Shown here piece after piece: positions 10,051-17,736 of a DNA stretch of 54,421 bases (the first letter of the stretch is position 1; each line of letters opens with the position of its first letter). Under the pieces are notes generated by a model that worked only from the letters and a program-made list of their open reading frames with translations, made no database searches and had not been told where the DNA came from. A program made the position numbers and the translations under genes. This DNA comes from Deltaproteobacteria bacterium (GTDB lineage: Bacteria > Myxococcota_A > Polyangia > JAAYKL01), in contig JAUVAN010000001.1 of assembly GCA_030591725.1 (NCBI GenBank), forward strand, positions 1 to 54,421, given 5' to 3'.

Positions 10051-10474
10051 CCTGGCATTTCGAAATCGCGACTGGACGTTGCGGGCCAAAAACTGGGAAA
10101 AGAAAATTCTACGAGGCAGAGCCTGCCTTAGGGGCAATGAAAAACACTGCGTGACACTAAACTTTGCATGTAGAGAAAATGGCACTGTCAAAGCGAGCTT
10201 TGTAGATGCCCTGCCGCCGGATAATCTACAAGACGATGTGTTTCGATGGATAAAAAATTTGAAGCAATCATTTCAAAATCAGACATGTGCAACCGATGAC
10301 ATGATGAAATGGGTCTTGCAGCCGTTTGGATTTTCGTACTAACGAAAAGTTTCAGAGGGCTGGCGACGTGACGGGTCCGCCTTCTGACGTTTGTCCTGCT
10401 TCGCTCGCAAGCGAGCTTCGCAGGATGGCACGATCTTGGACTATCGAGGGTCAAACCTTTCGCCATCCGTTTGG

Positions 10475-10510
10475 AAAAAAGCAAGTAGCAAAAAAAGCAA
10501 GTAGCAAAAA
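10475..10510 (+). repeat. Tandem direct repeat, 16-bp period (A-tract + GCAAGTAGCA), two copies
   Basis: aaaaaaGCAAGTAGCAaaaaaaGCAAGTAGCAaaaa ends 29 nt upstream of the ATG at 10539. Confidence 0.9.
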
Positions 10511-10538
10511 GATTTCAGTACTATAAGCTAAAATTTCG

Positions 10539-13214
10539 ATGTCAGCGTTAAGCTCACTATTGGTTCAAGATCTAATCCTGAGCGTTAACCACGTGGAGCA
10601 AATTCTACAGCGTCAGGTGATCTACGGTGGTGACCTCGCCACAAACATTCTGGAGATGAACCTCGTCGATGAGGTAGTCCTCTCAAAATACCTCGGCCGC
10701 GTCGTGAGACTCCCCGTTTTTCCTTCGGAATACTTGCTTTCGACAGAGCCGAGCATCATCGAGAAGTTGCCCTGGAAGGTCGCCAATGAGCGGCGGGTGA
10801 TACCTGTACATATCAAAGACGACGTCGTAACGGTGGTCGCATCCGGCCCTGTTCCCCGGGGAACCCTGGATGAACTTTCCGAGTTGTTCGGAATGAAGGT
10901 CGAGCCGAATCTGGTTCTGGAGTTCCGCCTCGCGATGGCCCTCAATCGTTTTTACGGTATTCCCATGGTGGCCAGGTTGGCCGCGATACAGGCGAAGCTG
11001 GCACCCGAGTTCATGCAGGATCAGCCCTCGCTGGTGCCCGAGCCACCGGCTGATTCCAGTCCGATCGCCTCGACGCCGTCCGAAGACCAGACCACTTCTG
11101 TGGAGGCGGTTGACGAGGCGGAAGGTTGGGGGGAGGTGACCTGCCAGGAGCCCGCGCTGGTGATCGAATCCAAAAACGAGTCACTGCGCCCGGACGAATC
11201 CACCATGAAGTTCATTACCGGTTCAAGGGAGAGCACCCGGAAGGTCGTGGAGCTGGGTCATGCCTTTGATACGACCAGGCAAACCAGGAAACTCAAAAAG
11301 GACAAGCCTGTCTCGGCGCCCCCGAAGATCAGTTTCTCAAGGGCGACGGAGTTGTTGGAGGTTGCCAAGGGTCGGGACGAAATACTGGATATTTTCTTCT
11401 CCTTCGCGAGCCAGGCCTTCGAGTTCACCGCGTTGCTGCTGGTTCACGGCAAGATCGCGGAGGGACGAACGCTGGTTTTCAGGGGAAAAGAGCCGGAGCC
11501 GGCGGGTCATGTCCGTGTGTCGCTCGATCAGGATGGAATGTTTCAGAATGTCTTCGAAACCCAGGGGTTCCATCTCGGGCCCGCCGGGATTACGCAGGCC
11601 GACGTGGATCTGCTCTCCTTGCTCCGGCGCGATGCGCCCAAGAGCTGTGCGGTTATACCTATTTTTCTGCGCGGACGTGTGATCCTCATGCTTTATGGAG
11701 ATTCCGGCCAGCGGGGTGTTCGAGCCAACAGGATCACCAGGATCGCCGATTTCGGAAGGGTGGTGGGGCAGGCCTTCGAGAGGATTCTGCTGAAGCAGAA
11801 GTACAGCCAATACGAAAAGACCAGTACCTCCGATGATGGCAAGGTTCCGGCAGCCTCCGTCAAGGTGGAGCCTCGCAAGAAGGATTTTTCCGGATGGGCG
11901 AGCAGCACAAGCGCAGCCGACATCAAAAGTGAGCCGGAAAAGAGCGAGCCGGAGAAGAACGAGCCGGAAAAGAGCGAGCCGGAAAAGAGCGAGCCGGAAA
12001 AAGCGGTGGTCATGATAGCGCCCGCCAAGATGATCTCTGCCCCCACCGAGCCGGCGGGGCTGATTCCTCTGGCCGAGCGAACCACCGAGGCGCCTCTTGC
12101 GATAAACAATATTGCGCCTGTTTCTGCGCCGCCCGATCCCGATCTGGTGAAGAGGGTGGAAGTGATCGATTCCAGGAATGTAGTTCCTGCGGGGCTCGCC
12201 TCCGAAGACCCCATGCGGTTCGAGGAGCCCAAAAAAGTGCTGGACGTGGAGACGGTTCCCATCGAACAGCCCAAGCTGGTGGTCGATGTTACGAGCTTTC
12301 CGTCGCCCCTTCCCTCGTCCGTTCAGGTGGACATGCAGGAAGAGGTGGACAGACTGGTGGAGCGAGTGCTCTCGCTGGGAACTTTCGATGAGGTCGCCGC
12401 CGGGCTGCTTGTCGGGATCGGTGACGACGCCCTGCGTGTCCTTATCAAGCAATTTCCAGGACCGTTGAACTTCGATCGCTACCAGGGGACCAGCAAGTTG
12501 CGGTTGGTGGGCCAGCACGGTCCGTTGCTGCGGACGATGTTGATGTTCGGGAGATCCACCACGGCGCATTTGCTGCCGTTGCTGGACAGCCTGGATTCCG
12601 AGGTGCGTTTTTACACGGTGTTCCTGCTGACGGAGATCTCCATGCCCGAGGCGTTGTCCGGTCTGGCAAAGCGGATCTTCGACAACGACAGGCAGATCAG
12701 GGCCCTGGCCATCGATGCGATGAAAGGGCTTGCGTCTTTCCCCGAATACCGCTGGGCTGTCGTGGACGTGGCCTCGGTTTTGACGAGTTCTACGTCCACT
12801 CTCGAGAAGAAAAGGTTGGCGGCGGAGGCCCTCGGTGAGCTTCGCGATCCGGTGTCGATTCCGTCGCTGTCCGAGATGCTCGGTTCTGTTGACGGTGTTC
12901 TCGCGGAGCGATGTCAGAGATCTCTTGTAAATATCACGTTCACCGATTTCGGTTTTTCCGAGCGGCGATGGCTATCCTGGTGGCAGGCCAACAAGCGCAA
13001 GCATCGCATCGAGTGGGCCGTGGGCGCGCTCAATCACCGGGTCGAGGATATCAGGCGGGCGGCGCTGGAAGATCTGCACAAGATGGTCGATGGAGCTGTC
13101 GAGTGGCCCAGGGAGCCGCTCGATCACAAGCAGCGCCGAGAGTTGAAGAGAAGGTGCCTTCAATGGTGGGAGCGCGAGGGGCGCGCCCTGAATCAGGTAG
13201 TGGAAGTTGATTGA
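10539..13214 (+). CDS. 891-aa multidomain protein: T2SSE_N/MshEN-like N-domain, GAF-like core, (S/N)EPEK repeat linker, C-terminal HEAT-like repeats
   Basis: The N-terminal 140 aa have the MshEN/GspE-N pattern (two 24-aa hydrophobic heptad-like motifs 5 aa apart, then VIPVHIKDDVVTVVAS). Residues about 270-410 look GAF-like (AVIPIFLRGRVILMLYGD). The C-terminus has HEAT-type ALGELRDPVSIPSL. Confidence 0.8.
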   Translation: MSALSSLLVQDLILSVNHVEQILQRQVIYGGDLATNILEMNLVDEVVLSKYLGRVVRLPVFPSEYLLSTEPSIIEKLPWKVANERRVIPVHIKDDVVTVVASGPVPRGTLDELSELFGMKVEPNLVLEFRLAMALNRFYGIPMVARLAAIQAKLAPEFMQDQPSLVPEPPADSSPIASTPSEDQTTSVEAVDEAEGWGEVTCQEPALVIESKNESLRPDESTMKFITGSRESTRKVVELGHAFDTTRQTRKLKKDKPVSAPPKISFSRATELLEVAKGRDEILDIFFSFASQAFEFTALLLVHGKIAEGRTLVFRGKEPEPAGHVRVSLDQDGMFQNVFETQGFHLGPAGITQADVDLLSLLRRDAPKSCAVIPIFLRGRVILMLYGDSGQRGVRANRITRIADFGRVVGQAFERILLKQKYSQYEKTSTSDDGKVPAASVKVEPRKKDFSGWASSTSAADIKSEPEKSEPEKNEPEKSEPEKSEPEKAVVMIAPAKMISAPTEPAGLIPLAERTTEAPLAINNIAPVSAPPDPDLVKRVEVIDSRNVVPAGLASEDPMRFEEPKKVLDVETVPIEQPKLVVDVTSFPSPLPSSVQVDMQEEVDRLVERVLSLGTFDEVAAGLLVGIGDDALRVLIKQFPGPLNFDRYQGTSKLRLVGQHGPLLRTMLMFGRSTTAHLLPLLDSLDSEVRFYTVFLLTEISMPEALSGLAKRIFDNDRQIRALAIDAMKGLASFPEYRWAVVDVASVLTSSTSTLEKKRLAAEALGELRDPVSIPSLSEMLGSVDGVLAERCQRSLVNITFTDFGFSERRWLSWWQANKRKHRIEWAVGALNHRVEDIRRAALEDLHKMVDGAVEWPREPLDHKQRRELKRRCLQWWEREGRALNQVVEVD
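11928..12002 (+). repeat. 15-bp tandem repeat x5 encoding (S/N)EPEK
   Basis: AGTGAGCCGGAAAAG-type units encoding SEPEK SEPEK NEPEK SEPEK SEPEK, in frame within the 891-aa ORF. Confidence 0.95.
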
Positions 13215-16200
13215 GGAAATGAACGCCGTTCCTGACAGCGATGTGGCTGGATATTGGGCAGGGATCGTCTCCTGGCTCGCGAGGGAGTTGGAGACGGCGG
13301 ATGATCCGCAGGTTACTTCGCGCCTGAGGCACGCCCTTTTCAGGGTGCTCTTCGATCGTCAGGACAGGGCACGGGAGGCCGCGCAGCAGATCGATGCCGC
13401 TCTCCAGATGGAGAGCCAGTCGGCGGATATTGTATGGGACGCGTTGCGTGCGTCGACCGGCCGGGACTCCCGGACACAGGTCGAGGCCCTCGAAAGGTTG
13501 ATCCTGTTCCTGGATCGGCCCGGAGACATTGTCGCATGTCACCTGGATATTGCGCACATGAGGCAGCGGTTGCTCGACGATTCGCAAGGGGCTCGGATTT
13601 GCATGGAGGCGGCAAGGCTGGCCGATCCCGAGAACCGAGGAATCCTCTGGAGAGATCTCATCGACGCTCTCGCCTCGGATGATGATCCCGGTTTGTTGTC
13701 CTGCCTGGAGGCCATGGCAAAAGTAACCACGGATCCCGTGTGGGAGTCGACTCTCCTTGTTGAGCAGATCGTGGTTCGCAGGAGGATGGGAGACGAGGAC
13801 CAGGAACTCTCTGAGTTATTGAACCGCATTCTCGATCTTCCCGATCCCTGCTGGACGTCGGTGAACGAGGTGTTCAGGGTGAGCGGCGAACTGAGCAGCT
13901 GGGACGTGCATGTGCGCGCCCTTGAGATAATGGTGAGAGTAGCCCTCGAACCGGTCCCCGAGCCCGTATCTGGGAGGCCGGCCGGTCACGTCTTTGACGG
14001 TTTCGGCAGGGGAGAGCGATATGCCGCCGGTTTCTACTGGCTCCTTTCGGTCGTGAAGGAGCGCAGGCTGAACGACCCTGACGGAGCATTCGAGGCGCTG
14101 AATCACGCGCTTGAGCTTTTTCCGGACAATAACTTCCTGGCGATGGAGCGCGCACGGTTGCTACAGGTGATGGGCCGTTTCAATGAAGCGCTGGACGCCA
14201 TTCCCTACGGTGCTTCCGATGTATGGAAGGCGGAGATCGCGCTCGCTTCGGGCAGGAAAGACCTCGTGGCAGACTTCATCAGGGAAGTTGCGCGCATCGG
14301 GTCTTCCCTGTTGTACGGAGTGTTGGTGGAGATTGCCGGTGAGGGGAAAGGCAGGACGGACGAAGATGTCGATCCAAGGGATCCTGCCAGGTGGCTTCTC
14401 GCCAACCCCGCACATCCCAGAGCGCCTGACGTTGCCGCAAAGCTGATCGAGTCTGATGAGTATCTACCTGTGGCAGGCCTGATAGTTCAGGAATCAATGG
14501 ATCAGGGCGTCCGGTGGCCCACCGATGAGGACCGTCAGTTCGGCGAGAGCTGGGCGAAGGTTGTGGATGTAGTGACGGGGCCGAGACGAGGCGAATCATC
14601 CGCGTATCTCGATTGGGCGGACACCGTCGAGTCGCCCGACTTCGAGGCCGATCTGACGGCGATAGCGGCGCTGGCGGCGGAAGATAAAGGTGATCTGGAA
14701 AGGGCTCTCCAATTATGCGCCAACGCGAGGGAGAACCTGTCGGATTCTTCCGGCGTTGACAGGCAGATTGCCCGCCTGCTTCGTCGCATGGGCAAGTGGC
14801 GGGATCTGGTGGAGCATCTGGCGGTCGTATCAGCGGAGTCGGAGAATCCGGACAATAGCATTGCGGCGCTCCACGAACGCTCCATGGTTCTGGAGTTTGT
14901 GCTCAAGGAACCGGCGGCGGTTGCCGATAGCCTGCAAGAGCTCATTTCCCAGGATCCGGAGAATGTCCCGGTCCTGTGGTCCATGGTTCGTGTTGCCACG
15001 CGGCTGCTCGACTGGAACCAGGTTCTGGATCACCTGCGGAGTGTCGCTCAGGTGATGCCGGACGAGCGAGGAAGGCTGGATCTGCTTTGCGGTGAGATCA
15101 GTCTCTTTGCGCTCGGTGGAAGCGATGATGCAATCGCTTATCTTCAGAGCGCAAAAGGGAGTCTGAGTGGCCCGTTGTGCCGGACAGCGCAGTTGTATCT
15201 GGACCTGGCTTATCACTCCAGGGGAGATGTTCAGCCGCTGGTGCAGCTACTGGAAGAGCAACTCTCGCAGGGGGACGTCGGGCTTGTGGACCTGTGGTTT
15301 TGTGAGCTGCTCGAGTCGAGCCGCGCTACCAGCGGAAACGCGGCGCTAGCCCAGATCCTCGATAACGACCGGATACCCGAGGCGATCAGCAAACTGTGGA
15401 GTGTCATTCTCGGTGACGATTCGCGGCGCCCGTCAGGCGCTCAGGAGAGTTTCGCTGCGTTGACGTCTGTCCCCGGAGCCGTGGCCGGCGCCTGCAAGAT
15501 CGCTTCGGTGTTGCTGGACAAAGATATGAACGCCGGCGCCAAATTGGAGGAGACCGATCTCGAAGCGCCGGAGGCTCTCTGGCTCATGGCGGATCGTCTT
15601 TCCGACGACGCGGATCCGGATCATCGAATCGACATTTACGCGAAGTGTGTTGCGCTCACGCAAGGCGAAGATCTCGATGAATGGGCCGATTGGATTCTTT
15701 GCCTGGCCCAGGCGTATGAGGACAAGGAAGATCTCGAGGCTGCGGTCTCGAGCTTGAAGAAGGGTCTGGAGAAGCATCCGGATCACCCGGGACTCATGGA
15801 GTCACTGGCGCGCGTGGCGTTCGACGCGAAGCTGTTCCAGGATTCGGCGGACGCTCATGAGAAGCTGGCGGGTTACTACGCGTCCCCGCATGAAAAGGCG
15901 ACCCAGCTTGCCAGGGCCGCAACCATATTGCTCACACATCTCGATGATCCCAGGGGAGCCGAGGTAATCGCCCGTGAAGCGGTCAAACGTTCCGCCAATC
16001 ACGACGCGGCACACGAGATCCTCACGGTCATCCTGCGCGAGCAGCGCGATGACGATGCGCTCGTGCAGCAAATAGAGGAGAGGATCGGCGCCGAGCAGGA
16101 TGTGGACACCCTGGTGGAGTTGTACGAGGAGCAGGCGGACAGATTTTTCGCTGTGGACGACATGGAGGGGGCCCTCGACGCGGTGGAGAAGATACTGGAT

Positions 16201-17736
16201 CTCAAGCCAGATCACCTCACCTCAGACCGTACCAAGATCGATCTCCTGTTGGGCAACAAGGAGTTCGAGGATGCCGTTGGGACGATGATGGAGTTCACGT
16301 TCATCTGCGAGGATCCGGCGGAGAAGCGTTCAATGGTCTGGCGGGCAGCCGATGTGCTGTATGAAGATCAGGATGACCCACAGCAGGCGATCGAGGTGTT
16401 GACCGATCTCCTGAAAGAAGGTGACCGGCACCCACAGACCGAGCGACACATAGCAAAGATCGCGGGCGACAAGGGAATGTGGGATGAGGCCACGCAGGCC
16501 CTTTCGAGACTTGCCAATATGGTTACCGACCCTGAAAAAAGGGCGGAGGTCTTGACTGAACAGGCAAGGATTTTACTCGAGAAGATGTTCGATACCGACG
16601 CCGCGTCGGAGGTCATCGACAGTGCGTTGCAGGCCAATCCGTCCGCCGTGGATGCGATAAAGCTGACCCTGGAGTTCCGGGACGAGTCGGACGCCCAGCG
16701 GGTCCTCCACACGGCGCAGAAAAATCTGACAGGCAAGATCGATGAAAACCCCGTTGATCTGAAATCCATCACCGACCTCAAGGTGGTATCGAACCTTCTC
16801 AATGATGAGAATCAGGCTGCGATTTGCAGCGAAGGAATGGTGGTTCTACGCGGATCTCCCATGGAAAAGGGAGTTTCTTTTGCGTACGTGCCAGAGGAGC
16901 CCCCCGATCCTTCCGTGTTGATGAAGATGCTCAGGCACGATGGCGAGCAAGGTCAACCGGTTGCCGACATTGCCCTCATCGCTGCTCCGGTGACTGCTGA
17001 GGTGTACGCGCGTTCCGGACACATTCCGGATTTCGGTCGCTCGACCCTGGCGAGGAAGAAGAGCGCCGATCCGGTACTGGAATGGCTCCTGCCATGGGCA
17101 ACCGTGCTTGGAGTCAAGAAGTTCGAAGTTCATCGGGTGGGTCAGGATCCCCGAGGATCCAGACCTCTTCCGGCGTCGATCCCGGCCGTGGCGGTCAACG
17201 GCGATTTCTCCAACCTCGATCTCATCAGCGCGCGCTTCTTCATCGCACGGAACTTCTGGCGTTCCATGTTTGGATTGGGCTCCTTCGAGGAGGGTGACAC
17301 CGCGACGCCGATTCGATGGTTTCTGGCGCTCACCGCCGCGACACTAGGGGAGGATGCGAACCTGCCGATTTCCACGGATATGGACCTGGTTGTCAAGGCC
17401 AGGAAGGCGCTGTCCAGGAAGATACGCAAGGAACTGGTCGCTCCGTGCACCGCGCTCTTGTCCTGTAGTGCCATGGAGATTCGTACATGGGTGGCGGCGA
17501 CGTCCTTCTCGGCGGACAGGTTCGGTTTGCTGGCGGCGGGCGATCTTTCAGAGGTCATTCCCCTGATGGTAGAGGAATCGGCAGGCCCGCCAGGGTTGAG
17601 ACGACTTGCCGAGAATGCGAGCGATGCACTCTCGAAGGTACCCAGATGCACGGAGTTGATGAGATTTGCGCTTTGTGGCCCATACCTGGAGACGAGACGA
17701 ATTATCGGGTTGAGCGAGGTGAGCAACAGTGGATAG
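13207..17736 (+). CDS. Giant (1509 aa) helical-repeat (TPR-like) protein with a C-terminal non-repeat domain of about 260 aa
   Basis: Uninterrupted ORF. The TTG at 13207 overlaps the upstream stop by 8 nt; an alternative ATG lies at 13219. No enzymatic motif found. The C-domain is paralogous to that of the next gene. Confidence 0.85.
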   Translation: MIEEMNAVPDSDVAGYWAGIVSWLARELETADDPQVTSRLRHALFRVLFDRQDRAREAAQQIDAALQMESQSADIVWDALRASTGRDSRTQVEALERLILFLDRPGDIVACHLDIAHMRQRLLDDSQGARICMEAARLADPENRGILWRDLIDALASDDDPGLLSCLEAMAKVTTDPVWESTLLVEQIVVRRRMGDEDQELSELLNRILDLPDPCWTSVNEVFRVSGELSSWDVHVRALEIMVRVALEPVPEPVSGRPAGHVFDGFGRGERYAAGFYWLLSVVKERRLNDPDGAFEALNHALELFPDNNFLAMERARLLQVMGRFNEALDAIPYGASDVWKAEIALASGRKDLVADFIREVARIGSSLLYGVLVEIAGEGKGRTDEDVDPRDPARWLLANPAHPRAPDVAAKLIESDEYLPVAGLIVQESMDQGVRWPTDEDRQFGESWAKVVDVVTGPRRGESSAYLDWADTVESPDFEADLTAIAALAAEDKGDLERALQLCANARENLSDSSGVDRQIARLLRRMGKWRDLVEHLAVVSAESENPDNSIAALHERSMVLEFVLKEPAAVADSLQELISQDPENVPVLWSMVRVATRLLDWNQVLDHLRSVAQVMPDERGRLDLLCGEISLFALGGSDDAIAYLQSAKGSLSGPLCRTAQLYLDLAYHSRGDVQPLVQLLEEQLSQGDVGLVDLWFCELLESSRATSGNAALAQILDNDRIPEAISKLWSVILGDDSRRPSGAQESFAALTSVPGAVAGACKIASVLLDKDMNAGAKLEETDLEAPEALWLMADRLSDDADPDHRIDIYAKCVALTQGEDLDEWADWILCLAQAYEDKEDLEAAVSSLKKGLEKHPDHPGLMESLARVAFDAKLFQDSADAHEKLAGYYASPHEKATQLARAATILLTHLDDPRGAEVIAREAVKRSANHDAAHEILTVILREQRDDDALVQQIEERIGAEQDVDTLVELYEEQADRFFAVDDMEGALDAVEKILDLKPDHLTSDRTKIDLLLGNKEFEDAVGTMMEFTFICEDPAEKRSMVWRAADVLYEDQDDPQQAIEVLTDLLKEGDRHPQTERHIAKIAGDKGMWDEATQALSRLANMVTDPEKRAEVLTEQARILLEKMFDTDAASEVIDSALQANPSAVDAIKLTLEFRDESDAQRVLHTAQKNLTGKIDENPVDLKSITDLKVVSNLLNDENQAAICSEGMVVLRGSPMEKGVSFAYVPEEPPDPSVLMKMLRHDGEQGQPVADIALIAAPVTAEVYARSGHIPDFGRSTLARKKSADPVLEWLLPWATVLGVKKFEVHRVGQDPRGSRPLPASIPAVAVNGDFSNLDLISARFFIARNFWRSMFGLGSFEEGDTATPIRWFLALTAATLGEDANLPISTDMDLVVKARKALSRKIRKELVAPCTALLSCSAMEIRTWVAATSFSADRFGLLAAGDLSEVIPLMVEESAGPPGLRRLAENASDALSKVPRCTELMRFALCGPYLETRRIIGLSEVSNSG

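Noticed and set aside
10025-10342. 105-aa ORF (GTG start), and a 66-aa ORF at 10326-10526, inside the AT-rich spacer.
   Set aside because: There is no SD. Composition is unlike the surrounding genes and no motif is recognisable. The first overlaps a terminator-like hairpin, and the Lys-rich tail of the second is simply the A-tract tandem repeat. They are kept only as a possibility under the spacer finding.
10426-10439. Sigma54-like TGGCAC-N4-TTGG, plus TGGCAC-N5-AAGC at 10180-10194.
   Set aside because: The first has spacing one nt short and GG instead of GC. The second has correct GG-N10-GC spacing but a poor -12 context and lies 345 nt from the gene. Neither is good enough to call as a promoter without TSS data.
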